Virus record (IMG/VR): IMGVR_UViG_3300028802_000206
Location: 1-57,702 of that record
Source of the DNA: a virus
Lineage: Duplodnaviria > Caudoviricetes
Strand: one strand, 5' to 3'
DNA length: 57,702 bases
Translations under genes and position numbers: made by a program
The notes under the pieces: generated by a model
What the model was told of the DNA's origin: nothing
Database searches by the model: none
Seen by the model: the letters and a program-made list of their open reading frames with translations, nothing else
Part shown: one piece after another, positions 45,046 to 53,938 of the stretch
How positions within the stretch are numbered: position 1 is the first letter of the stretch
Layout of the letters: each line of letters begins with the position of its first letter

Positions 45046-45545
45046 GCGGCCCCCCTTCGAACGATAGATTCCGGCCACGCAAATTTGAGGTGACCAACGA
45101 CGCGCCGACCATTGATGCGCACGCCGAAATCATCATCAGTCGCAACGCCCCCCACAATCGACGACAGAATTGTATAGCCGGAAGGGAATTTCGAAAGTTC
45201 GCGCGCGCTCCCTTTGGCTTGCAGATGCGGACATTTTTTCAAGGAAAGTTCGGCGCAGGCGTGGTGAACCGGCGCTTCCGTCGTCATAAACCACCCTTCA
45301 CGGAATTCGCCCAGTTGAAACCACCATCGATTACCAGGCAGCGTCGGCTCTCCGCAGACCGTGCAAAGGAACTGCGCTATCGACCTCCTCTGTCTAACCA
45401 TGTGCGGCTTGGCAAAGATGGGACGGCCGCTGCCAGGAGCATGGGGAGACCATAACGCCAGCGCGCCCCCGACCCATCGGCACGGCCTCACTTCGTATCG
45501 CTCCTCGCTTGACCACGAAGCATTCCATGGGACCAGCAGCGTCAT
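45042..45545 (-). CDS. Hypothetical Cys/His-motif protein
   Basis: H..RQR......LC.VCG and EAPVH..CA......CPHL motifs; flanked by 16-bp direct repeats. Confidence 0.65.
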   Translation of the reverse strand: MTLLVPWNASWSSEERYEVRPCRWVGGALALWSPHAPGSGRPIFAKPHMVRQRRSIAQFLCTVCGEPTLPGNRWWFQLGEFREGWFMTTEAPVHHACAELSLKKCPHLQAKGSARELSKFPSGYTILSSIVGGVATDDDFGVRINGRRVVGHLKFAWPESIVRRGAA

Positions 45546-46036
45546 GCGGCCCCCCTCGCCTGCTCGCCCCACAGGAGCGGCTCGGTCGCCAGGTCGGCAA
45601 TGCTGATAGCCCCCTGCACCTCGATCAGCAGCCCGGGCTTGTCGGCGTAGGACTTTGACACGAAGCCCTGCACGATCTGGCTATCGTCGCGCCACACGAT
45701 GCCATTAAGCGCATCGAGCATCTTGACGAGGTTGTCCCAATCGGGACGCCCAGTGGGGCGCACGATGCCGCGCAGCGCCTGCTCGCGTTTCTTTCGGCTC
45801 CAGCTTTGCGGGACCGAAAAGAACGCAGCGACTTTCACCTTCAGCGGGCCATCGCACAGGGGCTGGCCAGCCATGGCCTGTTGCGCGGCATCGCGAAGCA
45901 GCGACTCGTAGGAGCGGGTAGCAGCGTCGGTGTAGATTGTGACGAACTGCGCCCCAGCCCTCGACCTAGCGATGCGCGCGCGCGGGCGGCCTTTACCGCG
46001 CGGCTCCCCAGGAAGCGTGATGGTGATGCGGGTCAT
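45542..46036 (-). CDS. rusA: RusA-family Holliday junction resolvase
   Basis: GEPRGKGRPR; RPDWDNLVK..DALNGIVWRDDSQIV motifs. Confidence 0.9.
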   Translation of the reverse strand: MTRITITLPGEPRGKGRPRARIARSRAGAQFVTIYTDAATRSYESLLRDAAQQAMAGQPLCDGPLKVKVAAFFSVPQSWSRKKREQALRGIVRPTGRPDWDNLVKMLDALNGIVWRDDSQIVQGFVSKSYADKPGLLIEVQGAISIADLATEPLLWGEQARGAA

Positions 46037-46182
46037 GGCGCCGTCACCTCTTTGCATTCGCAAATCCAAGCCATGAGAACGGACCAATGACCATGCGGCG
46101 TACCCTCAAGGGTATCGACAACCATCCACCCAAGACGGGCGTGGTCGAGGACCGCGTGGTGGCGAATAAAGCGGTAGGTCAT
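46033..46182 (-). CDS. Small hypothetical protein
   Basis: 49 aa, ATGA-coupled at both ends. Confidence 0.5.
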   Translation of the reverse strand: MTYRFIRHHAVLDHARLGWMVVDTLEGTPHGHWSVLMAWICECKEVTAP

Positions 46183-47063
46183 TCCGCCGCCTCCGCGAAT
46201 AACGCGCCCTGCCTGTCCTCGGCGTCGAGGTTTTTGCACGCTTGGCGCCAATAGCTTTCTTTGAGTTCCACGCCAAAGAACTTGCGGCCAAGTTTTAGCG
46301 ACACGACGCCCTCGCTTCCGATGCCCATGAATGGCGAAAGCACGATGTCGTTCGGGTTGCTCCACATCACGACGGCGCGCTCGATTACGTCGAGTTGCAG
46401 TGGGCATAGGTGGCGCTCATCGCCTGGCGTGCGCGCAGCCTTGACGTTAAGCACCTTGGATTGATTGACGCTCATCCATACCGGCGATGCCCATTCCTGC
46501 CACTGGTCGAGCGGGAAATCAGCGGGCGTGTGCGCAATCAGGCGCGGATTATCTCCTGGCTTGATAAAGGTCAGCAGATAGTCCGGCATTCCGCCGCGTG
46601 ACTTGCTGCTATCCTTTTGCAACTGCTTGTAGAGCAAGCCAACATGCTTAGTTCGGGTCATCTCGACGACAGGGCATTTCCAGATTGTGCGGCGCCCGTG
46701 AAAAATCCATCCAGCCTCTTCGTGCGTCTTGATGATCTGTCCGGAAAAATCCTTGATGCCGACAGCGCCATCCTTCCATTTCGTCATCGGGAGGTCTGAG
46801 CAATGCACGGCGGTCAGCCGTCCAGGCATCGTGACGCGGAGTTTTTCGCGCACCAGCCAAGCATAGTGCTGCGCAAATTCATCGTCCGTCGAATTACCCA
46901 TGTCGGCCGCACTTTCGGAATAAACGAACAGCGATCCGAACGGAGGCGAATATACTGACAAGCCAATACTGTCAGGCGGAACCTGCGACAGCACGTCCAC
47001 ACAATCACCGTGCACGGCTTGCCAAGTATTACCATGGTCTGAATTCAAGCAGCGGATATCCAT
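46179..47063 (-). CDS. Amino-DNA methyltransferase (N4-C/N6-A, beta class)
   Basis: GDC, SVYSPPF (motif IV) before HLCPLQL and LSPFMGIGS (motif I). Confidence 0.9.
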   Translation of the reverse strand: MDIRCLNSDHGNTWQAVHGDCVDVLSQVPPDSIGLSVYSPPFGSLFVYSESAADMGNSTDDEFAQHYAWLVREKLRVTMPGRLTAVHCSDLPMTKWKDGAVGIKDFSGQIIKTHEEAGWIFHGRRTIWKCPVVEMTRTKHVGLLYKQLQKDSSKSRGGMPDYLLTFIKPGDNPRLIAHTPADFPLDQWQEWASPVWMSVNQSKVLNVKAARTPGDERHLCPLQLDVIERAVVMWSNPNDIVLSPFMGIGSEGVVSLKLGRKFFGVELKESYWRQACKNLDAEDRQGALFAEAAE

Positions 47064-48439
47064 GGTGCAAGCCTCGCTTGATGTTTCGGGAAATACGGGG
47101 TTTTGACGATGCCCGCCTCGGACGTGGCGCGGCGCATGGCATCGCGCATCGCGGATTTCATCATGGCGTGATCTGTGGCCTTGCGGTCGACGACGCGGCC
47201 AATCTGCGCTTCGCCTTCCGCGACGATGATGTGAACCTTGACTGTTTTCTTTTGACCGAAGCGCCAGCAACGCCGAACGGCTTGATACCAAGTCTCGTAA
47301 GAGTAGGAACGGCCGACGAATGCCATTCGTGCGCAGTGCGACCAATCGAGCCCGAACCCGCAAGCTGACGGCTTTGCGATTAGGCATGGGTTGCCTACCT
47401 CAAATGCGGCAATCCTCGATTCCTTTTCATCAATAGATTGCGACCCGCGGATTTCGAGGGCATTAGGTACCTGCGCTCGAACGGCGTCTGCTTCGTAGTC
47501 TGTGTCACACCATATAATCCAAGGCTGCGCAGGCTCTGCCGCAACAATGGACGCTGCGGTTTCTGCACGCGCCTCACTCGTCTGCCGCTTGATGGTGTGT
47601 AGGTTTGTCGCTGATAAAGATGGCAGGCCGAACATATCGGAAAGCTCTTGATCAACTTTGCTGTCACGCGCCCGGTGCCGGATTATCTCGAATGGAGGCA
47701 ACACAAACCTGTCATCGGTTTCTTGGTCGCCCAGGTCAGACGGTCGCTCTGCCATCCGACAAAATGACGACATCCAATCCCAAAACGAATTGACGGCATG
47801 TTGCTTTAGACGCCATTCATGCGAAGCCGTAGACGTGTCGTTAATAAAAAACCGCGACAGCATCTCATTCGCGGCCATGACCTCCAGAAACTCGGAATAG
47901 TTGCCAAGCTCCATGTGGTCATTCGGTGCTGGCGTCGCGGTCGCCACCAGCTTGAAACGCTGCCCCTTGAATATCTCGATCAGTTTGCGCGTCGTCTTGC
48001 CGGTGAAGCTCTTGAGGATCGATGCCTCGTCCAGCGAAATTGCCGAGAACACTGACGGGTCCAGCTTATCAATGCGGTCATAGTTGCAAATGTTGATACC
48101 GGAGCCGGCGTCAGACTGTTCGCGGATAACTCTGGCCTTGTACCCCCATCGATCCGCACGGCGCTTGGTCTGCCCGGCTACGGCAAGCGGCGTGAGGATA
48201 AGCGCGCGGCCGTTAGTCTCTTCGATAACCCTTTGGCTCCATTCTAACTGACATTCAGTCTTACCGAGTCCAGTATCGAGAAAAAGTCCGGTGCATCCAG
48301 CGCGCAGCGCAAAGTCCACGCTATGCCGCTGGAACGGGAACAGATGCGGGGCAAGTTCCGGCACACGCGCGAGCCCGCGCTCTGTGGCGCGAATGGCCTT
48401 GCTCGCAAGGAAAGCCTCATATTCGACGGAATGGATCAC
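47045..48439 (-). CDS. SNF2-like SF2 helicase
   Basis: DTGLGKT, LDEASILK, TATPAPND, QAVRRCWRFGQ motifs. Confidence 0.9.
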   Translation of the reverse strand: MIHSVEYEAFLASKAIRATERGLARVPELAPHLFPFQRHSVDFALRAGCTGLFLDTGLGKTECQLEWSQRVIEETNGRALILTPLAVAGQTKRRADRWGYKARVIREQSDAGSGINICNYDRIDKLDPSVFSAISLDEASILKSFTGKTTRKLIEIFKGQRFKLVATATPAPNDHMELGNYSEFLEVMAANEMLSRFFINDTSTASHEWRLKQHAVNSFWDWMSSFCRMAERPSDLGDQETDDRFVLPPFEIIRHRARDSKVDQELSDMFGLPSLSATNLHTIKRQTSEARAETAASIVAAEPAQPWIIWCDTDYEADAVRAQVPNALEIRGSQSIDEKESRIAAFEVGNPCLIAKPSACGFGLDWSHCARMAFVGRSYSYETWYQAVRRCWRFGQKKTVKVHIIVAEGEAQIGRVVDRKATDHAMMKSAMRDAMRRATSEAGIVKTPYFPKHQARLAPWISAA

Positions 48440-48451
48440 GTCGTTCCCCCG

Positions 48452-49054
48452 TCAGTGCGCCTGCGCCTCGACCACCTTATGCGTCGCCGGCGCGCCGCCG
48501 ATGCCCGCCTTCTCCGCGTCAGCGCGCTGCATGAAGCCCGGGCGCAGGTCGCGCTCGTCGCCATCAGCAAGTGGCTTGATGCCTTTTGCCAAAATGGATT
48601 GGCCCTCATGGAAGCCATCCATGTATTTGCGGTACTGCTCGAGCTCCGGAGCGTAATCCGGCTTGCACGGGTCGCCCGCGAGCCCGTCACGTTTCCCCTC
48701 AGCGTAGGCGCGGTCGACTGACGGCGTGCGGTCCTCTCCGAAAAGCTCCGCTTGCGTGCCCATGGCCAATCCGAGCCAGCGGGCAATACGCATCTGCGCC
48801 TCGATCTTTTCCTTGAGCTTCTCCTCGCCGTTCTCGTCCTTCAGCAGCGCCCAGGTGCGGATATCGCGCACGGCGTGCTTGCCAAGCTTGGCCTTGGCTT
48901 CCTCCTCGAGGATCGCAAGCGTGTCCTTCGCGGCTTGCCAGCGCTTGGCGAAGCCAAAGAAAGTCATCGCCTTGACGTCATCGTCCTGGTGATTGCCGTT
49001 CGTCGGCGGCAACGGGCCGCCGGTTTTCTCGCTCGCGGATTTTTTCGGGCCCAT
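48452..49054 (-). CDS. Hypothetical protein
   Basis: AGGAGA RBS; RAYAEG.RDGLAG...Y..GF.EGQ motif. Confidence 0.65.
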   Translation of the reverse strand: MGPKKSASEKTGGPLPPTNGNHQDDDVKAMTFFGFAKRWQAAKDTLAILEEEAKAKLGKHAVRDIRTWALLKDENGEEKLKEKIEAQMRIARWLGLAMGTQAELFGEDRTPSVDRAYAEGKRDGLAGDPCKPDYAPELEQYRKYMDGFHEGQSILAKGIKPLADGDERDLRPGFMQRADAEKAGIGGAPATHKVVEAQAH

Positions 49055-49065
49055 TGAGGTTCTCC

Positions 49066-49548
49066 TCACGCTGCGCGATTGGATTTGGCGGCGATGCCTG
49101 GGCAGCACAGGGCAAAATGTTCGCCGCAGTAAGACCGGTTAGGCAGCGCCTCGGCGGCACAAAAGACAAAGCTCTGTTCGCCGAATGGGAAACGGCAATC
49201 GCTCTCTTTGAGCTCGAAGAACTGCTTGCGCCGTCGTTGGGGCCTGCGCGGGACCGCCTCGGCCGGGAGCGCTGGCGCCGGCGGCCTCATCGGCTCTTGC
49301 TTCAGTTTCCTGTTGATGCGGCCAGCGATGCTGTTATCGCCGCCGGCCTGACGGGGCCGCGGCCTTGTCTTCTCCGGTTTCGTCCGCGCGGCGAGCGACA
49401 GTCCGAGGCGGTGTATTCGCCCGATCACGGCGTTGCGGGTCAGCCCGCAGTCGAGCTCGATGGCGATCCGGCCCGCAGACAAACCCTCGGCGTGCAGACG
49501 CCTTAGGGCCTCGTCCCGCTCGGCGTGCCAAACAGTGCTAAACGCCAT
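49066..49548 (-). CDS. gcrA: GcrA cell-cycle regulator homolog
   Basis: W..ER...L..L..EGLSA..IA..L..TRNAVIG..HRLGL and CRFP.G....FC........YC.EH motifs. Confidence 0.88.
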   Translation of the reverse strand: MAFSTVWHAERDEALRRLHAEGLSAGRIAIELDCGLTRNAVIGRIHRLGLSLAARTKPEKTRPRPRQAGGDNSIAGRINRKLKQEPMRPPAPALPAEAVPRRPQRRRKQFFELKESDCRFPFGEQSFVFCAAEALPNRSYCGEHFALCCPGIAAKSNRAA

Positions 49549-49577
49549 GCCGTCCCCCATCCTAACGCGGTTTGGTT

Positions 49578-49928
49578 TTACGTGCCTTTCAGGAGTGCCG
49601 AGACCGCCGCCAAGTGCGTTTCAATCGCGCCGATATGCTGCGAAGCAGGGTGATCGCCGCCCTGCCGAGCCAAGTCCAACTCATGCGCCAGCCTCGCGTG
49701 TTCGGCCTCCAGCTCACGAATGAGCAACGCCTGCAGGCGGTCCTTAACCCAGTCGTCAATGTGCTTTACGCGGGCACGGGCGATGTTTTCGAATGTGCCG
49801 ATACCGATCGCCAGGCGACGGGCAAGGGTGGTGCGCGCGGCTTCGATTGAACCCGCCCGCGCCTTCTCTATGCGCTGTAACGACAACGCAAAACTCTGCG
49901 CTCGCTTGACCGAAGCGCTGGCGTTCAT
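49578..49928 (-). CDS. Hypothetical helical DNA-binding-like protein (cII position); start uncertain
   Basis: LARRL.IG.GTFENI.R.R.K motif; downstream of the cro-like gene. Confidence 0.55.
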   Translation of the reverse strand: MNASASVKRAQSFALSLQRIEKARAGSIEAARTTLARRLAIGIGTFENIARARVKHIDDWVKDRLQALLIRELEAEHARLAHELDLARQGGDHPASQHIGAIETHLAAVSALLKGT

Positions 49929-50166
49929 CGGCGGCGCTCCTTCCGGCATACATCTCCCGGCTTTCGGGGTGACCATGACGCTAACTCCCATGCACATTGC
50001 TGACATCGAACGACAGCAAGTCGGCGCTTGGCGGCGCCGGTGCAGAGGAGTGAATCGATGAACGGCAAAAAGCCCACGCGGGCAGGACCGGCGACCTCAC
50101 GGAAGCCGGCCCGCCGCGGGGCCGTCGAGACGCGAGACCAGGGCTCGATGGGTGTGGAGGGACAAG

Positions 50167-50415
50167 TCATTTGGCGCTAACCGATGTGCGTGATGGCATG
50201 TCGGGCGCAAATCTCGTGTCGCGCAAACTCCGCAGCAACTTCCAGTCCAGGCCATCAATCCCGCGTTCTGGCGCAGCTTCAATGATCGGTCCCCAATACT
50301 CAGGGGGGATCGAATCCCGAGCTTTCATCGTGCGGATATGACTGTCCTCAACGCCGAGGATGGATGACAGCGGTCCGATTCCAAACTTGTCGATTACTTC
50401 GCTGAAAGTCTTCAT
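50167..50415 (-). CDS. Cro-like small HTH regulator
   Basis: Divergent from cI; TF..VI..FG...L...LG........K.RDSIPP.YW pattern. Confidence 0.75.
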   Translation of the reverse strand: MKTFSEVIDKFGIGPLSSILGVEDSHIRTMKARDSIPPEYWGPIIEAAPERGIDGLDWKLLRSLRDTRFAPDMPSRTSVSAK

Positions 50416-50423
50416 GGATGAAA

Positions 50424-50490
50424 TCGCTACGCCAAGTAGCGACATCAGTCAATACGGCACGTAGCTTTTGCGTCGCTACGCTGCGTATCG
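50424..50490. promoter_or_regulatory. Operator region OR with three TCGCTAC-N5-GTAGCGA-like sites and the cro promoter
   Basis: Perfect site at 50424-50442; partial sites at about 50449-50465 and 50473-50490; minus-strand TTGACT-17 bp-TAGCGA. Confidence 0.75.
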
Positions 50491-51152
50491 TGGATAAGGA
50501 TCAGGAAAAGCGCCGCGTACAGGGTGAACGACTGCGCGCCGCGCGCGCCGCCGCCGGTTATCGGTCCGGGCGGGAGGCCGCGCTATCGAATTCATGGCCC
50601 GAAAGCACCTATCGAGCCCATGAGGGCGGCACACGAACCATCGGGCAAGACGATGCCGAGCGGTATGCTCGGCGCTTCCGAGCAGCTGGTGCCAATATCA
50701 CGGCGCAGATAATTCTGTTCGGAACACTGCCGGCAACGCCGACTGAGCCGGCGGACCGATCGAAACTGATACAGGTCCCGCTGCTATCCTGGGTCAGTGC
50801 CGGTGAACTGGTCGACGCGGACTCCCAAGTCCAGATAGCTGATGTCCCGCTGCTGGCCTTCGCGGATCTTGGGCCTGGGGAATATTTCGCTTTGCGGGTG
50901 GACGGCGATTCGATGGATCGCCTATCGCCAGATGGTTCCGTGATCGTGGTCAACCGTGTGGATCGAGACCTAGTGCCAGACCGCTGCTACGTATTCTCCA
51001 GACGCGGAGAGGCCACTTACAAGCTTTGGCAACCGGATCCTCCACACTTGGCGCCGTACTCGACAAATCCTGCGCACAAGCCGGTATTCGTCAAGGGGAA
51101 GAAGGACTTCGAGATCGTCGGCCGTGTCCGGCGGACCGTTCTGGACTTGTGA
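50490..51152 (+). CDS. cI: CI-like repressor (HTH + S24 peptidase)
   Basis: RLRAAR...STYRAHE.G; VSAG cleavage site; GDSM catalytic Ser; ATYK. The GTG start is inferred. Confidence 0.9.
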   Translation: MDKDQEKRRVQGERLRAARAAAGYRSGREAALSNSWPESTYRAHEGGTRTIGQDDAERYARRFRAAGANITAQIILFGTLPATPTEPADRSKLIQVPLLSWVSAGELVDADSQVQIADVPLLAFADLGPGEYFALRVDGDSMDRLSPDGSVIVVNRVDRDLVPDRCYVFSRRGEATYKLWQPDPPHLAPYSTNPAHKPVFVKGKKDFEIVGRVRRTVLDL

Positions 51153-51272
51153 GGATCATCGCCGGCGGGGCGGTCGGGCGGGCCGCGCGCGTGAAGCATG
51201 TAGCTTTTTGCCTTGCTAACGCGCGCAAGCATCGGATATGGGTGCTTACGGTCGTTAGAAAGGTGATTCGCT

Positions 51273-52316
51273 ATGGAAGCGAGCCAAAGCAAGGCGGGTA
51301 AGGCGTCAGCAATCAAGCTATCGAAGGCGCAGCGTCGCGCCCGTGCCGCTGCGGGCGCCCAGGCCCGATGGGCCAAAGCGGACCCCAGTCGGAATCAATT
51401 GCTTCGGGTGATCTGCGGATCGCAGGACCGTCCACTGCGGATAGGGGATATCTCGATCCCCTGCTATGTCCTGGCCGACGAAACCCGTGTGCTGACGGTC
51501 GCCGGAATGGGCGACGGAATGGGTCTTGCGCGCGGCGGGTCAATGATTGCGGGGATGAATCGTCTTGAGCTTTTCATATCCCGAAATCGCATTAATCCCT
51601 TTGTAAGCAGCGACTTAACCGAGAGAATCCGAACTCCTATCGTATTCCTCACCCCTACAGGCGGCAAGGCATACGGGTATGATGCAGAAATCCTCGTTGA
51701 GCTTTGCGAAGTAGTTCTCAAAGCCCGACAAGCAGGAGTGTTGCAAACACAGCAATTAAGGATCGCACAGCAATGCGAAATTCTGACGCGCGGCCTTGCC
51801 AGACTTGGCATTGTTGGACTTGTTGATGAGGCTACCGGCTATCAATATGTTCGCGCTCGCAATGCGCTGGAAAAAATACTCGATCAGTGGCTTACAAAAG
51901 AACTTCAGCCTTGGAAGAAGCAATTTCCCGATGATTTCTATCGACGGATTTTTGAGCTCAATGAATGGGAGTACGATCCATCATCCGTTAAACGACCGGG
52001 CGTCATCGGGACTTGGACTAATGATCTTGTTTATGACCGACTTGGTCCCGGTCTGCGCGAGGAATTAGAAGACTACGCGGGGCGCGGAGAGAAGGGTCGG
52101 CTTAAGCATCGACTTCATCAGTACCTGACGTCCACTCACGGCATCCCCGAGTTGCAAAACCATCTCTCCGGAGTAGTGGCGCTCATGCGCGCCGCGACCA
52201 ATTGGAAGCAGTTCAAGGAAATGCTGCAACGGGCCTATCCGAAGCCCCAAACCACGCTGAGCATGGCCTTTGACGACCTTGAGCAGATCGGTCGCTCAAC
52301 TGAACTTTCTACTTGA
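51273..52316 (+). CDS. P63C-domain protein
   Basis: IPCYVL.D.TRVL, GLARLGI..LVDEATGYQ, W.K.FPD.FY motifs; lower GC. Confidence 0.8.
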   Translation: MEASQSKAGKASAIKLSKAQRRARAAAGAQARWAKADPSRNQLLRVICGSQDRPLRIGDISIPCYVLADETRVLTVAGMGDGMGLARGGSMIAGMNRLELFISRNRINPFVSSDLTERIRTPIVFLTPTGGKAYGYDAEILVELCEVVLKARQAGVLQTQQLRIAQQCEILTRGLARLGIVGLVDEATGYQYVRARNALEKILDQWLTKELQPWKKQFPDDFYRRIFELNEWEYDPSSVKRPGVIGTWTNDLVYDRLGPGLREELEDYAGRGEKGRLKHRLHQYLTSTHGIPELQNHLSGVVALMRAATNWKQFKEMLQRAYPKPQTTLSMAFDDLEQIGRSTELST

Positions 52317-52476
52317 CGCTTTCGCCCCCGTGCCGGGCTTGTCGCCTCGGGCCAAACATTTGTTCGTTGCTGATGGTGGCTGGCCGCGGGCACCGAGCGT
52401 CCGGGCCTGGCTGGTAATTCCCCCACCGCCATTGTCCTAAGTACCTGACCTCTGCCCGATTTAGATAGCAACCAAA

Positions 52477-52520
52477 TCGCTACATGGCGTATTGACACAT
52501 ATCGCTACGCAGTGTAGCCA
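52477..52520 (+). promoter_or_regulatory. Operator region OL and early promoter
   Basis: TCGCTAC-N5-GTATTGA (52477-52495) and TCGCTAC-N5-GTAGCCA (52502-52520); TTGACA at 52492-52497. Confidence 0.75.
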
Positions 52521-52546
52521 CAGGTCATCCTTTTGGGAGGGACCAC

Positions 52547-52777
52547 ATGCCGAAACTCCACGACCTCGAAATCTTCGTCTGCCTCAACGAGGGCGGCGAT
52601 TACGTCGTCGCTACCGACGCCGATGACGCGCTGTCCGAGTGCCAGGACAGCATGGGCGGCCAAGCGTTCCGGACCGTGAAATTGATGGTGACCATGGCGG
52701 CGCCCGAAATCGCCGCCGTCGCCGTCCGGGTGCCGGACGAGGCGGGTCAGACCGTCGCCGCCGAAGCGGAGGCGTAG
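52547..52777 (+). CDS. Hypothetical early protein
   Basis: GGAGG RBS; first gene after the early promoter. Confidence 0.7.
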   Translation: MPKLHDLEIFVCLNEGGDYVVATDADDALSECQDSMGGQAFRTVKLMVTMAAPEIAAVAVRVPDEAGQTVAAEAEA

Positions 52778-52781
52778 GGCC

Positions 52782-53534
52782 ATGAACACCGCCACCAACA
52801 TCGCTCAGGTCACCGTCGACGCGGAACGTCTCGCCACCATCACGACGCTCTACAGCGGCTCCCACGACCCGAACGGCCGCATGTGCGCGATGGAAGCGGT
52901 CGCCTATGTCGCGCGCGAGAAATGGTCCGACCATCCCGAGTGCGCGTGCCCGGTCATCGGCGCGTTCATGCGCGGATTGAACGACGGGCTGCCCGACGAT
53001 GAGCGGACCACGCTCCTGTTGCCATTGATCCCGCGCCTGGTCGGTACGCGCGGCAGCGAGGCACTGCAGGAACGGCGCGCGCTGATGGCCGCCGATTGGC
53101 TGGTGCGGGTGAATACCCCAGCATGGTTGCGGTTGGCCGGGCTCACCGTGCATGCCGACGCGCTCGCGTCTCTTCCGGAGATCGTCTCGCTCAAACAAGT
53201 CTCGTCGATCAAAGGGCCGATCGAAGCCGCGCGTGTAGATGCGGCCGCAGCGAGGGCCGCAGCGTGGGCCGCAGCGTGGGACGCAGCGTGGGCCGCAGCG
53301 TTGGACGCAGCGTGGGCCGCAGCGTTGGACGTAGCGTGGGCCGCAGCGAGGGCCGCAGCGTGGGACGCAGCGTGGGACGCAGCGTGGGACGCAGCGTGGG
53401 ACGCAGCGAGGGCCGCAGCGTTGGACGCAGCGTGGGACGCAGCGACCAAAAAACTCGCGCCCGTCAAAGCTGAGTTGCAGCAGTCAGCCGTCAAACTGAT
53501 CGAGCGCATGATTGCAGCCAAGGAGGCGGCGTGA
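52782..53534 (+). CDS. Hypothetical protein with AAW(D/A) tetrapeptide repeats
   Basis: [21 protein letters not shown]-domain followed by an Ala/Trp repeat. Confidence 0.8.
   Translation: MNTATNIAQVTVDAERLATITTLYSGSHDPNGRMCAMEAVAYVAREKWSDHPECACPVIGAFMRGLNDGLPDDERTTLLLPLIPRLVGTRGSEALQERRALMAADWLVRVNTPAWLRLAGLTVHADALASLPEIVSLKQVSSIKGPIEAARVDAAAARAAAWAAAWDAAWAAALDAAWAAALDVAWAAARAAAWDAAWDAAWDAAWDAARAAALDAAWDAATKKLAPVKAELQQSAVKLIERMIAAKEAA
53244..53444 (+). repeat. 12-bp coding tandem repeat, about 17 units
   Basis: Unit (GCC/GAC)GCAGCG(TGG/TTG/AGG). Confidence 0.95.
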
Positions 53535-53938
53535 TGGCCTCCTATGATCGCTGGAAGGCGACAAATCCCGCCGACGAGCTGCTCGGCCCCGAGCCACAGC
53601 CGGTGCGCCCCGCGCGCCCCGCCCTATCGCCGCTGCATCAGGCGCACGCCGACCTGATCGCCAAGCTCGCGGCGGCGAAGCCCTCTGTCATTCGCACCGA
53701 ACGCGGCGCCGACGAAACCGACATCGGGCTGCGCGAGATGCATGTCCGCGCCGTCACTGCAAATTACCTGCGCTACCTCCAGGCGGTCATCGAGGACATG
53801 AACCAGCACCTCGTCGCCGGCGAGAAGGTCGCCTTCGAGCAATTCACCGCAGCCTTTGTCGATGTCGCCGCCGACTATCTCTACGCGCCAATACGCGCGG
53901 CTGCCAACGCGACCGAAGCCGAGCGGGAGTGGGCATGA
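53531..53938 (+). CDS. Hypothetical protein
   Basis: Coupled to neighbours; SYD.WK.T.P.D N-terminus. Confidence 0.6.
   Translation: MMASYDRWKATNPADELLGPEPQPVRPARPALSPLHQAHADLIAKLAAAKPSVIRTERGADETDIGLREMHVRAVTANYLRYLQAVIEDMNQHLVAGEKVAFEQFTAAFVDVAADYLYAPIRAAANATEAEREWA

Noticed and set aside
44039-47063. HNH protein plus methyltransferase as a restriction-modification system
   Set aside because: The genes are not adjacent, and both are common independent genes in phage replication regions; nothing in the sequence links them.
53244-53444. Possible CRISPR or non-coding array
   Set aside because: The units are contiguous 12-mers with no spacers and are in frame within a CDS; no cas genes are present.
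52904-53521. Antisense and alternative-frame repeat ORFs (ASHA and VGRS repeats)
   Set aside because: These are shadows of the coding repeat; they have no RBS or operon context.
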